Notes under the pieces: generated by a model
What the model was told of the DNA's origin: nothing
Database searches by the model: none
What the model saw: the letters and a program-made list of their open reading frames with translations, nothing else
Shown here: positions 1-10,399 of the stretch, piece after piece
Position numbering within the stretch: the stretch's first letter is position 1
Layout of the letters: each line of letters begins with the position of its first letter
Position numbers and translations under genes: made by a program
Origin: a virus
Taxonomy: Duplodnaviria; Heunggongvirae; Uroviricota; Caudoviricetes
Virus record (IMG/VR): IMGVR_UViG_2909257012_000006
Location: 1-41,364 of that record
Direction: 5' to 3' (one strand)
Length of the DNA: 41,364 nt

Positions 1-1158
1 ATGCTCACCGTTAAGCAGATTGAAGCAGCAAAGCCGAAAGAAAAACCATACCGCCTTCTCGATGGTAATGGCCTGTACCTTTATGTTCCTGTATCCGGGA
101 AAAAGGTATGGCAGCTTCGCTACAAGATTGACGGTAAGGAAAAAATACTGACCGTCGGAAAATATCCGCTTATGACTTTGCAGGAGGCAAGGGATAAAGC
201 ATGGACCGCGAGGAAAGACATCTCGGTTGGCATCGATCCGGTAAAAGCGAAAAAGGCTTCGTCTAATAACAATTCCTTTAGCGCCATTTACAAGGAATGG
301 TACGAGCACAAGAAGCAAGTATGGTCAGTAGGGTATGCGACTGAACTTGCCAAAATGTTTGATGACGACATTTTACCTATCATCGGCGGCCTTGAAATTC
401 AGGATATTGAGCCGATGCAACTGCTGGAAGTAATCCGCAGATTTGAAGATCGCGGTGCAATGGAGCGAGCAAATAAAGCCCGCAGAAGATGCGGCGAGGT
501 TTTCCGTTACGCTATTGTCACTGGTAGGGCTAAATATAACCCGGCACCTGACCTTGCTGACGCCATGAAGGGATACCGCAAGAAAAACTTCCCGTTTCTT
601 CCTGCAGACCAGATCCCGGCATTTAACAAAGCACTGGCAACATTTTCAGGAAGCATCGTATCGCTCATTGCGACCAAAGTTTTACGCTACACAGCCCTCA
701 GAACAAAAGAGCTTCGTTCCATGCTATGGAAGAACGTCGATTTTGAAAACAGGATTATCACCATCGACGCCAGTGTGATGAAGGGACGCAAAATTCATGT
801 GGTTCCTATGTCAGACCAGGTGGTTGAACTTCTCACTACGCTAAGCTCAATCACCAAACCAGTATCAGAGTTTGTTTTTGCCGGGCGCAACGATAAGAAG
901 AAGCCAATCTGCGAGAACGCGGTACTGCTTGTGATCAAACAAATCGGCTATGAGGGTCTGGAAAGCGGTCACGGATTCAGGCATGAATTCAGCACGATTA
1001 TGAACGAGCACGAATGGCCCGCTGATGCTATTGAAGTGCAACTGGCACATGCCAACGGCGGATCTGTGCGCGGGATTTACAACCATGCTCAGTATCTCGA
1101 TAAGCGCAGAGAAATGATGCAATGGTGGGCGGACTGGCTTGATGAAAAGGTGGAGTGA
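1..1158 (+). CDS. int: Tyrosine integrase, P4/IntS-like (argW-targeting type)
   Basis: 385-aa ORF; C-terminal HGFRHEF...AHANGGSVRGIYNH catalytic region; from recall near-identical to E. coli IntS; directly follows xis at window end. Confidence 0.93.
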   Translation: MLTVKQIEAAKPKEKPYRLLDGNGLYLYVPVSGKKVWQLRYKIDGKEKILTVGKYPLMTLQEARDKAWTARKDISVGIDPVKAKKASSNNNSFSAIYKEWYEHKKQVWSVGYATELAKMFDDDILPIIGGLEIQDIEPMQLLEVIRRFEDRGAMERANKARRRCGEVFRYAIVTGRAKYNPAPDLADAMKGYRKKNFPFLPADQIPAFNKALATFSGSIVSLIATKVLRYTALRTKELRSMLWKNVDFENRIITIDASVMKGRKIHVVPMSDQVVELLTTLSSITKPVSEFVFAGRNDKKKPICENAVLLVIKQIGYEGLESGHGFRHEFSTIMNEHEWPADAIEVQLAHANGGSVRGIYNHAQYLDKRREMMQWWADWLDEKVE

Positions 1159-1186
1159 ACAATCTTAAAAATCAATGAAAACATGC

Positions 1187-1218
1187 AAGGCCTGGCACTC
1201 AAGTTACAGGCCTTGCGC
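1187..1218. terminator. Perfect 10-bp inverted repeat hairpin (GCAAGGCCTG-N12-CAGGCCTTGC) between convergent int and tailspike; probable bidirectional terminator
   Basis: Seen directly; lies between 3' ends of convergent genes; moderately U-rich on - strand side, AT-rich flank. Confidence 0.45.
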
Positions 1219-1266
1219 ATACAATTTATCAACTAATAATTTAATTTTTTAAAATATCAATTAATT

Positions 1267-3450
1267 CTATCTAATCCTGAACATTACAATTGGAGCAGAG
1301 CCAGAAGATAAAGGGCCTGACCAATGGTATCTAATTCTGAAAGAAGACTCACTTGGAGTTCCGATAATTTCTATTGGACTTAAAGTTGCACCTTCTGCAG
1401 AACCAGCAGGTTGTCTAAACCCCAACACAGCAATCTGGTTTGGTGTTGGGGCATACAGAAAATTATGCTCAATATCAACCTCGTTAGATTCGCTACCTGT
1501 TGGGTTTGGCATATTCCACTCAATATAATCGTCAGTTGATTTACCATTTATTGAGTTTCCAACTGTTGCCATAATCGTCCACGTACACGTCCTGTTAAGG
1601 GCTGCCATTCTATCACCTAAAAACCTATTATAACCATTTGCGCCTGAAGTGATTAATCTTATATTCTCTGATGCACATGTGCCAATGCTGTTAAATCCAG
1701 TGCAATCAGAAGAAAGCCCCTTCGCAGTTATATCTACGCTGTTCGCAAAACAAATTGTTGTTGAATTTACTGCATCGCGAATAAGAGCAGAACCCGAAAA
1801 CAAATTATCACACGAACCTCTTATATTATTACCACCGCCGGATAAGTAACATAAATTTCCTTTTATCCTCTTGGATGTAAAAGTAACATTGTTATTGTCA
1901 CCAGTAACAGAAAGAAGCGAGGCTTTAATAGGGGCATTGTCACTCTGTAACTGACCAATTTGGTTTATTGTAACTACATTGTTGTTGCCTGATATAGCTA
2001 TCTGATACCCATCATCATCAATTGAAGGTGAATATCTTTGTGCTTTTATATTGATGTTAAGTGTCCAGATTGTACCGTTATCCAGAAGCATGTCGCGGAG
2101 AGGAGAAATTGAATCGCCAGTGTAGTTATCTGGCATTCTTCCACACGCCCTGGCTTCTGCGATGGCAACAACACCATGTGCCCCGTTGGTAAACCAGTAA
2201 CCACCTAAACTATTATCAACACACACGTGCCTCGCATTGAATCGGTTAACACCCAGCGTCTTAAATCCATAGCCATAATACACAGCATATACATGGATGT
2301 AATTTATATCGACATGTCCTGTATAAGGAGACTGATTATCAAGAACAATTCCATGACATGGTTCTCCGGGATAAAGAAGGCTTTGTTGGCTTGTTGCTGT
2401 TAATCTTGCGCTGTAAGGAGGAAGTCCACACGGGCCAAAAACAATATAATCTAGGTTAATATCACCTGGCCCCCTGAACACAACCCCCTCTCTCCCTGAA
2501 ATTCTTCCCGTTATCCTCACTTCAGAGGCGTGTTCCTGATTATCATGAAATGATCCATACCCCTCTGAATAGAGAGCATGTTCTGCAACATTATTAATCT
2601 CAACGTCAATGTGGTACATGCTGCCGAATATTTTAATGGCAGTTCCATAGTCATTGTTAACAGTGTCGCAAGTTCTCCATGAGTTTGTATCTCTTTGCAA
2701 GTCAAGATAATTACCATCAATGGTCATATCTTTTATGCTAAATCCATATGGCGCATCAGACAGATTTTCCACAACGCCAAAGCCATGTGTTTTAAATACA
2801 TCTGTATTACTACCTTTTTTAACATACAGAAATGTTGCTCTCTTTCCAGAGCCTTTATGATGAACGCCTGTATAAAGAATGATAGGAGAATCTATTAAAT
2901 AAACACCTGGAGGGTAAAATATTTCCCCGCCACCATTATTAAAAGCAGCTAATGCTGCGGCATTAATGGCATCAGAATCTGATGTCAATCCATCTGCTTT
3001 AGCTCCATAGTATTGAGGTGTTTTCCTGATTGCATCGTAAACCGTTGAAGCGCCGAAACCGATATATTTACTACCATCTGTACCGCCAATAAGTAATTTA
3101 AACTGATCCGGGTCATACTTCAGCACATTCGGAAAATAGAACTGCTGTGTACCATACGCATCATAAACAGCCATAGAATGGCCTTGCACGGTTACGAATT
3201 TGGCAATCTGTCCGTTATATACCGGATATCCAGCAGCGTTAATGATTATTGGTTGCGAAACAGGAACGTGAGAACCGTCTTCATTCTCCACATAAACCTG
3301 AATCTGGTTTTCAGGGTTTACCGGGTCAGTGTCAATTTTACCGATATAAATTTTGCCATTGGCATTTGCTTTAAACGAGCGAGCTAAAGTAAATAACTGA
3401 CTTGGTTGTGAAACAACAACGTTGTATAATTGTTCTGGCATAATAAACAT
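1267..3450 (-). CDS. Tailspike protein; P22-like N-terminal head-binding domain with a different receptor-binding domain
   Basis: 727 aa; N-terminus [37 protein letters not shown]...[13 protein letters not shown] matches recalled P22 gp9 head-binding domain; remainder diverges. Confidence 0.85.
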   Translation of the reverse strand: MFIMPEQLYNVVVSQPSQLFTLARSFKANANGKIYIGKIDTDPVNPENQIQVYVENEDGSHVPVSQPIIINAAGYPVYNGQIAKFVTVQGHSMAVYDAYGTQQFYFPNVLKYDPDQFKLLIGGTDGSKYIGFGASTVYDAIRKTPQYYGAKADGLTSDSDAINAAALAAFNNGGGEIFYPPGVYLIDSPIILYTGVHHKGSGKRATFLYVKKGSNTDVFKTHGFGVVENLSDAPYGFSIKDMTIDGNYLDLQRDTNSWRTCDTVNNDYGTAIKIFGSMYHIDVEINNVAEHALYSEGYGSFHDNQEHASEVRITGRISGREGVVFRGPGDINLDYIVFGPCGLPPYSARLTATSQQSLLYPGEPCHGIVLDNQSPYTGHVDINYIHVYAVYYGYGFKTLGVNRFNARHVCVDNSLGGYWFTNGAHGVVAIAEARACGRMPDNYTGDSISPLRDMLLDNGTIWTLNINIKAQRYSPSIDDDGYQIAISGNNNVVTINQIGQLQSDNAPIKASLLSVTGDNNNVTFTSKRIKGNLCYLSGGGNNIRGSCDNLFSGSALIRDAVNSTTICFANSVDITAKGLSSDCTGFNSIGTCASENIRLITSGANGYNRFLGDRMAALNRTCTWTIMATVGNSINGKSTDDYIEWNMPNPTGSESNEVDIEHNFLYAPTPNQIAVLGFRQPAGSAEGATLSPIEIIGTPSESSFRIRYHWSGPLSSGSAPIVMFRIR

Positions 3451-3463
3451 TCCGGAGAAAATA

Positions 3464-3964
3464 ATGAGTAAAAGACGTCACGAGGTAGTAACTCGGGAGC
3501 GCCTTATGGAGGTTCTCGATTACAATAAAGAAACAGGAATTTTCACTTGGAAAAAGAAATTAAGCGCCAGAGGTGCTGTTGGGAAAGTTGCTGGCACAAT
3601 TTCTTATGGATATAACGCAATTAATATTGATGGCGTAAGATATTTTGCACATAGACTTGCCTGGCTGTATGTATATGGCGAATGGCCCAAACAAGAGATT
3701 GACCACATTGATAGAAATAGAAGAAATAACGCAATCTCAAACCTTAGGGATGTCAGCAGAGTCGTAAACGCATTAAATGTCGGACCTCGAAATAGCAATG
3801 CTGGAATCAAGGGGGTAACTTTCTGTCAAGCCAGAAATCAATGGCAAGCTCAGATAAATGTCTCAGGTAAAAACATAACCCTTGGGAGATTCAACACCAT
3901 TGATGAAGCGGCTATAGCTTATAAGGCAGCAAACATGGTTGCTGACCATCTGTTGAGTAGGTAA
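3464..3964 (+). CDS. HNH endonuclease with AP2-like DNA-binding domain (homing-endonuclease-like), paralog of 25106..25597
   Basis: Motifs [13 protein letters not shown]...[17 protein letters not shown] and GIKGVTF; GGAG RBS 6 nt upstream of ATG at 3464. Confidence 0.75.
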   Translation: MSKRRHEVVTRERLMEVLDYNKETGIFTWKKKLSARGAVGKVAGTISYGYNAINIDGVRYFAHRLAWLYVYGEWPKQEIDHIDRNRRNNAISNLRDVSRVVNALNVGPRNSNAGIKGVTFCQARNQWQAQINVSGKNITLGRFNTIDEAAIAYKAANMVADHLLSR

Positions 3965-4106
3965 TGTCTGTCATTTAATTTGCTCCAGATACAAGGAATC
4001 ACCGCAGCATGGCTACGGTTGGAATTTGTTACATACCTAAACGGTACGATTGTTGATTTGTACAGTGGGTTTTACGATGCCATTCCACCCATTTGGTGAG
4101 GCATTG

Positions 4107-4364
4107 ATGATGTACAGCAAATACGATGAGGCGCAGTTCCACTTGAGGCTTACACACGAGTTGCACGCTAAGATTAAGCAGCGTGCAAAAATGAATAACA
4201 GGTCTATCAATTCCGAAATTGTGGCTACGATGGAAGAATCACTCTCCAAACCATCACCTGTAAGCGGGTATCGTGATGAAGAAGAGAGGCTGGCCTCATT
4301 AATCTCGGAACGAGTAAAAGAAGTTGCGGCTGATATCCTTAGAAAAGAAAAAACCCGCGATTAA
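4107..4364 (+). CDS. mnt: Mnt-like ribbon-helix-helix repressor (Arc/MetJ family)
   Basis: FHLRLTHELHAKIKQRAKMNNRSINSEIV...SLSKPSPVSGYRDEEERLA resembles recalled P22 Mnt; start chosen at ATG with GGTGAGG RBS. Confidence 0.65.
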   Translation: MMYSKYDEAQFHLRLTHELHAKIKQRAKMNNRSINSEIVATMEESLSKPSPVSGYRDEEERLASLISERVKEVAADILRKEKTRD

Positions 4365-4375
4365 GCGGGTTTAGT
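4353..4375. terminator. Bidirectional rho-independent terminator (ACCCGC-GATTAA-GCGGGT) between convergent genes
   Basis: Hairpin with T-run on - strand side (TTTTTCTTTTCT); mnt-like stop codon lies in the loop. Confidence 0.55.
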
Positions 4376-4378
4376 TGG

Positions 4379-4600
4379 TTAGTTATCAAAAAGTCCGTAC
4401 GTTTCTTCTTCTTCAGGTGTAAGGGGAAGAATCTCTACTCTATCTATAGATACCTTTTCAATGTACCCATGAGGTCTACTTAAAATTAAAGCTCTCTCAT
4501 GCCACAGAACTCCAAGAATGTGATACCTTCCAGCATCGCCTTTTACCCTGGCTCTTCCTTTGATTCTTGGAGGCATAATGCCATATTTTTTCTTTGCCAT
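4379..4600 (-). CDS. Hypothetical protein, last gene of ant operon
   Basis: 73-aa ORF abutting upstream gene; no recognisable motif. Confidence 0.45.
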   Translation of the reverse strand: MAKKKYGIMPPRIKGRARVKGDAGRYHILGVLWHERALILSRPHGYIEKVSIDRVEILPLTPEEEETYGLFDN

Positions 4601-5328
4601 TATGCAACATTACTCCCATGAATCAGGTGTTGTAGTGCTTTAACACCTTCCGCATTGTAGCGGAATGCTTCCACCTGTTTGCTGGAATGCGCAGATTTAT
4701 CCAGGAAGAACTTCCCGTACTGCTCAGTTTTGAGGTTGTTTGCGTTAGCAATGCGACCAATCTTGTTGGCCGTTACTCCAAGCTGCTCTGCAACCTCCCC
4801 TGCTGAGTAGTAATGCTCTTCTATTGCCGGAAGAGGTATTGCATTAAAACCAACGAGCGGGTTGATTATACTTGCTGCCGCTGTCTGCTTTGCCTCAGGC
4901 GCAAGATTTGGCATCAGATCGAACAGATTGGTAACAGCTTCAACCGTCATTTTCAGTGTTCGCGCCTGGCGATACTCAACAAGTCCACTCGACGATTTAC
5001 CGCTTTTAATGTGCGCTTCTTGCATACTTTCAAGTTGGTCTACAAGTGAGCGGCGAACAGCTTTAGATTCACGAGCAGCCACTCGAAGGGCTTGCTTAAT
5101 TGACATAACAACTTTTTCAGAAGTTGTCTTGTTTGATTTTTGAACTACGAAAATTTCGTAGTGCTCACCTTCAAGTTCATCCTTAATGCGTGCAATAAAG
5201 TCGTTATTGCGAACTTCTTTTTCCCCGCACTGTCTACGAGCATGATTGACCATCTCTAACAGGTACTGGCTATCAATGGTTTTATCCGTGACAACGGATC
5301 CGATGTTTGCTACATTCTTAAAAGTCAT
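4600..5328 (-). CDS. Second antirepressor-like protein with C-terminal KilA-C/ANT domain
   Basis: C-terminal YSAGEVAEQLGVTANKIGRIANANNLKTEQYGKFF motif; ATG at 5328 has AGGA RBS (the track ORF starts at a TTG at 5415). Confidence 0.6.
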   Translation of the reverse strand: MTFKNVANIGSVVTDKTIDSQYLLEMVNHARRQCGEKEVRNNDFIARIKDELEGEHYEIFVVQKSNKTTSEKVVMSIKQALRVAARESKAVRRSLVDQLESMQEAHIKSGKSSSGLVEYRQARTLKMTVEAVTNLFDLMPNLAPEAKQTAAASIINPLVGFNAIPLPAIEEHYYSAGEVAEQLGVTANKIGRIANANNLKTEQYGKFFLDKSAHSSKQVEAFRYNAEGVKALQHLIHGSNVA

Positions 5329-5415
5329 TAGGCATTCCTTATGTGGTAGTAAGGGTGTGACATAGGCCGCCAGCAGCACACTGGCGGTTTTCTTTTGCGC
5401 CGTCCTGGGCACCAA

Positions 5416-6054
5416 TCAATGAATCCATTCCTCGCCGCGAAGTTTTGCCAGCATTGGCTGAGCGTTCTTTACGACAAAATTGTTGGGATCAAGATTCTTC
5501 ATTTCACGAAGAAGCGATTTCTTGGTTTCTTCTGACATGTAGCGAGTCTCATATGCAATATCGTAAATCCTTCCTGAAAGCTCAGAACCAATTTGCTTCA
5601 TTCCTGGGTAGATGTGTTTGCACATTTGTTGACTCTTCTCCATCCACAATTGTAAGTAGCAGAGATTAACCAGTTCTTCGTCAGTAAACTGTTTTGCAAT
5701 CGGTGAGCATTCTGCCTGCCGATCCAAAATATCCAGCACCCAGCGGCGGAACTCTTTGGCCTTGGGCGTAGAAGCAAACATCGCCACCAAGTGAGCGCCT
5801 CGGAGCGAGTAAACTCTGACCGATTTGTTACGTAAGCTATTGTTTATTCCGTTGACCTTCATATTGAGGGTCAATGACATTGAGTCGGAAAATTCGTCAG
5901 CATTACGGGCATAAATTTGGCTGATGGCATCAGTTTTTTTATAGCCGAGAGCCTTAGCTAGTTCGGCGGAGGTGAACCAGATAGACCCGCCCTCTGTTAC
6001 AGGGTTAAAAGTGAATCCTTGGAAGTTATAATCTGATTTTGCTACAATATTCAT
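5416..6054 (-). CDS. ant: Antirepressor with Bro-N domain
   Basis: Bro-N-like N-terminus FQGFTFNPVTEGGSIWFTSAELAKALGY; ATG at 6054 with AAGGA RBS; position downstream of arc. Confidence 0.65.
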   Translation of the reverse strand: MNIVAKSDYNFQGFTFNPVTEGGSIWFTSAELAKALGYKKTDAISQIYARNADEFSDSMSLTLNMKVNGINNSLRNKSVRVYSLRGAHLVAMFASTPKAKEFRRWVLDILDRQAECSPIAKQFTDEELVNLCYLQLWMEKSQQMCKHIYPGMKQIGSELSGRIYDIAYETRYMSEETKKSLLREMKNLDPNNFVVKNAQPMLAKLRGEEWIH

Positions 6055-6127
6055 GTTAGTTTCCTTGGGTACGGTTACTGACATAGAGGCCCGGTTTGTG
6101 TTCGCGCACTTCCGGGCTTCACTATTT

Positions 6128-6304
6128 TTACTGGGCATTAGCTCTTTCCTCTCTCAGGCTTTTAGCCAGTCGCTGCACAATCGCAGAGTTGATAGAAATT
6201 CCATCCATTTCAGCTACGCGTCTGATCTCCTCCTTCATTCGCGCTGGCAAACGAAGCTGGAAACTCTGACTTTTACGACCACTGTAAAGAACATCGCTCA
6301 TCAT
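6128..6304 (-). CDS. arc: Arc-like ribbon-helix-helix repressor
   Basis: SQSFQLRLPARMKEEIRRVAEMDGISINSAIVQRL resembles recalled P22 Arc; GGAG RBS before ATG at 6304. Confidence 0.65.
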   Translation of the reverse strand: MMSDVLYSGRKSQSFQLRLPARMKEEIRRVAEMDGISINSAIVQRLAKSLREERANAQ

Positions 6305-6320
6305 CAATATCTCCGTCATA

Positions 6321-6341
6321 ATGACATCACCATGATGTCAT
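6321..6341. promoter_or_regulatory. 21-bp palindrome ATGACATCA-CCA-TGATGTCAT in arc/mnt divergent control region; candidate operator
   Basis: Perfect 9-bp half sites seen directly; located between divergent RHH repressor genes. Confidence 0.4.
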
Positions 6342-6421
6342 GACACCATTATGATGCCATTGCTCATAATGTCAATATGATGCTACTGTGTTTTTTATTG
6401 CTCATATGCCTTGCGAATAAG

Positions 6422-6676
6422 AAAATGTCAGAAAAAGACGAATCAAATTTCATAGAAAGATTTACGGTTAGAATGCCTGACGGCATGCGTAGTGCTATTG
6501 CGGAAAGGGCTAAACGAAACGGTCGATCTATGAACTCAGAGATAGTTCAAATTCTTGAGGATGCGTTATCATCTGACGTCTCATCAGTAGACAAATCATT
6601 AGATCTTAAACAAATAAAATCTTTACTTGATAAAATTTCCAACGAGTTACTGGATAGAATCCCAAAAGACACATAA
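6422..6676 (+). CDS. Second RHH (Arc/Mnt-family) repressor, divergent from arc
   Basis: FTVRMPDGMRSAIAERAKRNGRSMNSEIVQIL RHH signature; start uncertain (weak RBS). Confidence 0.55.
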   Translation, partial: KMSEKDESNFIERFTVRMPDGMRSAIAERAKRNGRSMNSEIVQILEDALSSDVSSVDKSLDLKQIKSLLDKISNELLDRIPKDT

Positions 6677-6722
6677 CAAAACATTATCATCCGGTGTTCT
6701 GCTCAAAACTAAGGAGGTTGGT

Positions 6723-7112
6723 GTGAAGCAATTTCTTACTGCTATGTTCTTATTCATATCTTTTGGGGCTACAGCAGAGTGCTGGGTCGTTGGAGATATG
6801 CGCGGAATAAGCTATTCAGAACGAAATAATTTCCATCCGGAAGAAGATGGTTTTAGTGGAACATTCATCATTAAGACAAACGGTGAAGATGCCAGCATCA
6901 CATATTCTGGGACAGATGCGGGCGGCATGGCTTACAAAGCATTGTCTAAAAACTCCATCATAGGAATCGGCGCGAATGGCGAAACTCAACGCGTTATCGA
7001 CTCATGGGTAATACATCCTACTGGAACAGTTTTAATGTCAAAAACCATTTCTGGTTATGGGAATATGGATTCAACCAAAGCTTTTGTTGGAAAAGTAAAA
7101 AGAAAATGTTAA
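6723..7112 (+). CDS. Small secreted/periplasmic protein with N-terminal signal peptide (moron-like), co-transcribed with RHH gene
   Basis: AAGGAGG RBS 5 nt before GTG; N-terminus KQFLTAMFLFISFGATA then ECW (AxA cleavage motif). Confidence 0.55.
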   Translation: MKQFLTAMFLFISFGATAECWVVGDMRGISYSERNNFHPEEDGFSGTFIIKTNGEDASITYSGTDAGGMAYKALSKNSIIGIGANGETQRVIDSWVIHPTGTVLMSKTISGYGNMDSTKAFVGKVKRKC

Positions 7113-7136
7113 CGATTGAATCCAATTCCCCATACG

Positions 7137-8978
7137 TTACTGCTGTGTTGCCTCAGTAGCAAGCAGCGGCCTGATGGCATTTGCAGCGTTACTCAACGCT
7201 CTTTCATAGGCTGGTGTTCCTGCTTTGGTGTTTGCCAGACGTAAGAGCGCATTCCTTGCTGCTTTGGACTCATACAAGCGCATCATTGCACCGAAACCAG
7301 CCTCAAGCCCCATTGATACGCCAAGAGTCGCAGTTGCGCCAATCGTCCTTATCCTGTTGGCTTGCGATTGCCCCGTCTGAGTTACTACATTTGCGGTGTC
7401 TGACCTTGCTGTTTGCTGCAGAACTTCATGAAGAGCATCAAGTTCTTTCATGTGCTTTCCAGAAAAAATAGTGTTGTAAATTTCACCGCCTGACTGAGAT
7501 TTCAGCTTATTAACTTCAGTGATGAACTTGGCTGGAGAGTCACCGGCCTTTTCCGCTATTTTGCTGACGTAAGCTGCACGCATAGCATCTTTCCCTTTAT
7601 CATCCAGTGCGCTCCAGATTCGTTTCACGTCAGATGGTTTTCTGCTTAATACAACGGTATTTATAAGTTCAGGACTGGCTTCACTGCTTGCCTTGTTGAG
7701 TTTGTTAGCAATGTTTTTATTAAGCACCTTATTATAAACGTTTGCATAATCGGAATTTGCTTTAAGGTATTTTGCTGCGTCTGATGCACCGAGGTTTTTA
7801 GCAACTGCGTTACGAAGGTCTTTTGACATTGCATTCTCTACCATATTGGTAGCTGCTTTTGCCTGGTTGGGGAAGACCATAGCATCTCCCTGAACATTAG
7901 ATCTAAATGCTGTTCTGTGCTGACGCAAGAGATCAAACGTAACATCCAAATCAGTTGCAGGGTTTGCTAATTCTTCACGTAGGTTACGCAAGGATGTAAG
8001 CAGGCTTTGATTGGCAGACGTCCCAAGCCGTTCCTGTCTTGCGATCGCTGTATTCAGAGCATTCATGGTATTTGTGGTATCAACTGCGGCATTACCCATT
8101 TTATTGGTGACGTCATTGATAACAGCGCCAGCGGCATCCTTCCGCCCCCTTAACGTGGTGGTCAGAGATTTCACCACATCATCAGGGTTGTAATCACCAA
8201 AACGGTCAAAATAATTGCTTACCAGCTTACTACGCGTTGCATATTGCTCCGCACGCTTTGAACCTGTCCCTAGCAAAGCCCCCTCAGCATCCTGAGTAAG
8301 GCCACGAGTGAAAGCATTTTTCGGCGGGATAACATCAGATGTCATTGGTGTCACGCCCATCGATTCTGATGTGGCAATTTTCTTCGCCACTTCTGGCGCA
8401 ATATCACCTTTTATGGCCGTTATTCCACGCCCTATTCCCTTTGCTGCGGCGGAAAGAACACCCTGAGCGGCAAGGTTAACTCCGGCATTTTTAGCTGCAT
8501 TTTGTGCGAAATCGCCTTTCTGATTTGCGGCCTCTGCCAGTGATCCAATAGCCATGCTTCCTGCCGTTCCAACTCCTGGAACTAAATACCCACCAATTGT
8601 TTCACCGGCTTGTGCGTAGGGGTCTGTCGGTCGATCGACAGGGCGATAAACATCATCCAAAACCTTGGGGCCACCAAGCCCCTGGCTGATTGCATTAATC
8701 AGACTTGCGCCACCCTGCAATACGTCAAATGGTATGTTTACCAGACCACGACCAGCCTGTTCTGCAATTTGCCCTGCACTTTGACCACCAGTGAGCCAAT
8801 CGCCAGCTTGTTGCATCAATGATGGTTCTTCCCGTGTTGGTGCATTATTGGCCTGATTAACTGTTTGTTGCTGAACAGCCTGACCAGCAAAATACTCATC
8901 AATGGCGGTGCCAATATCTTCGGTGCTCGTACCATCAGGAAAGGTAAATGTCTTACCGTTTGCAGTTACTTTCATCAT
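7137..8978 (-). CDS. Ejection/internal virion protein, P22 gp16-like
   Basis: 613 aa; size and synteny match P22 gp16; Ala/Gly-rich. Confidence 0.7.
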   Translation of the reverse strand: MMKVTANGKTFTFPDGTSTEDIGTAIDEYFAGQAVQQQTVNQANNAPTREEPSLMQQAGDWLTGGQSAGQIAEQAGRGLVNIPFDVLQGGASLINAISQGLGGPKVLDDVYRPVDRPTDPYAQAGETIGGYLVPGVGTAGSMAIGSLAEAANQKGDFAQNAAKNAGVNLAAQGVLSAAAKGIGRGITAIKGDIAPEVAKKIATSESMGVTPMTSDVIPPKNAFTRGLTQDAEGALLGTGSKRAEQYATRSKLVSNYFDRFGDYNPDDVVKSLTTTLRGRKDAAGAVINDVTNKMGNAAVDTTNTMNALNTAIARQERLGTSANQSLLTSLRNLREELANPATDLDVTFDLLRQHRTAFRSNVQGDAMVFPNQAKAATNMVENAMSKDLRNAVAKNLGASDAAKYLKANSDYANVYNKVLNKNIANKLNKASSEASPELINTVVLSRKPSDVKRIWSALDDKGKDAMRAAYVSKIAEKAGDSPAKFITEVNKLKSQSGGEIYNTIFSGKHMKELDALHEVLQQTARSDTANVVTQTGQSQANRIRTIGATATLGVSMGLEAGFGAMMRLYESKAARNALLRLANTKAGTPAYERALSNAANAIRPLLATEATQQ

Positions 8979-10390
8979 TCCACCGTAAATTGAATGCCTG
9001 ATTTTGAGGTATATGATCCAACCTGATTCCGTGGTTCTCCTGAAGGTGTCGAATCTTGTGCTGGCGCTGCGTCAGTATTCATTGACATATACCGCTTAAC
9101 GGCACTCCCCAATGATTCACCTTTTTTAACATCCAACCCCAATATCTGACCGCCATTACGCGATTGTCCTGGATTGCCATTCGCGCTCATCCACTCGGCT
9201 TTAAACTCATTAAACTGCGCGTTTCGTCGCTCAAGGTTTGCCATCGCATCAAGCCATCTTGCGACCGTCTCAGGGTTATCCATGTCAGTTGGTGCACCCT
9301 GCCGAACGATCTCAACGTCTTTATCCGTTGCGGGGCCGGGAGGTAGGAATTTAAGAACCTGACTGTTAACAAGGGCATTTTGGCGGATGCGCAAATCACG
9401 CAATGTTGTATCGCTTCCGGTAAGTTTTGCGAACATGTTCTGTGCGTTACCGAACAAACCTGTCGTTGGTTTTTCTGCTCTGAACTGTTGAGCAAGCGCA
9501 CTCATAGAATTGGCTGAGTTTGATGATGCTGTAGCATTGTTTACAGCCGTCTCGATGCCTTTTTCCATGTTTACTGACAGCTTAGGTGCTTCGCTAATCA
9601 ACTGCTGAGCCTTTTCCTGTGCTTGCTGCATCTTAAACCCGAACTCTTGCTGATCCAGAGCCAAGCGTTGTGCTGCGATATTGTGTCCAGTCATTGCTGA
9701 CTGATAGGAAAGGTTTTGCCCTCTCGCCTGAAGTGCTTCTCCAGCCTGATTGCTGCGGATTGTCTCTGCCAGTTTGCCTCGGTCAATTTCACGACCAGCC
9801 ATCTTGTCCTGAACAGCAAACGCCTTTTCTGGCCCAAGTGCACCGAGAGACATAGTAGTCAGCATGTGTGATAGCTGCTCTGGATTCTGAATACCTGTCT
9901 GAATCATCCAGTCAGCATTAGCACCAACGCGATTTAACCTATCCTTGTTGTCAGTAATGAATTTACTGTAGGCTTCCGGTCCCTGAGAAAGAGCGACGTT
10001 AGCCCTCATGGCTAAATCGCCCATATCGTTGCGTTGCTGCTCATTAAGACCGGAAAACGCCTGTTGTGCCTGTGCAACAAACGCTGGATTTTCCTTGGCA
10101 AACTTAAATAGTCCCGATGGATCACCAGAAGCCCATGCATCAGCGTGAACCTTATTGAACGCACTAATAGCTTTCTGTTGCTGTTCCTGATTGTAAATAT
10201 CAGCAACTCCAGCCAGACCACGTAACGCGGTCAGGCCAACGTTATTTGCACCTGAGCGAGCCAGTTCATTGTTTTCGCGGATCAGACCAAGCGTTGCGTT
10301 AATGTCGCTTGCCTTTGGCGCATTCTCATTTTGCGTACCGATGCCAGCCAGAAAACCACCAGAATTAATACCCTGTTGCCACGTAGCCAT
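8975..10390 (-). CDS. Ejection protein, P22 gp20-like
   Basis: 471 aa; size and synteny. Confidence 0.7.
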   Translation of the reverse strand: MATWQQGINSGGFLAGIGTQNENAPKASDINATLGLIRENNELARSGANNVGLTALRGLAGVADIYNQEQQQKAISAFNKVHADAWASGDPSGLFKFAKENPAFVAQAQQAFSGLNEQQRNDMGDLAMRANVALSQGPEAYSKFITDNKDRLNRVGANADWMIQTGIQNPEQLSHMLTTMSLGALGPEKAFAVQDKMAGREIDRGKLAETIRSNQAGEALQARGQNLSYQSAMTGHNIAAQRLALDQQEFGFKMQQAQEKAQQLISEAPKLSVNMEKGIETAVNNATASSNSANSMSALAQQFRAEKPTTGLFGNAQNMFAKLTGSDTTLRDLRIRQNALVNSQVLKFLPPGPATDKDVEIVRQGAPTDMDNPETVARWLDAMANLERRNAQFNEFKAEWMSANGNPGQSRNGGQILGLDVKKGESLGSAVKRYMSMNTDAAPAQDSTPSGEPRNQVGSYTSKSGIQFTVE

Positions 10391-10399
10391 GATTACCCC

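Noticed and set aside
1159-1266. attP immediately downstream of int
   Set aside because: The region contains only a terminator-like perfect hairpin and AT-rich sequence between convergent genes, with no tRNA-derived core. att placement left open.
865-3387. Track ORFs 865..1122(-), 1649..1849(+), 2517..2720(-), 2695..2898(+), 3178..3387(+)
   Set aside because: All lie antisense to or inside the integrase and tailspike genes, with no RBS and no recognisable domains.
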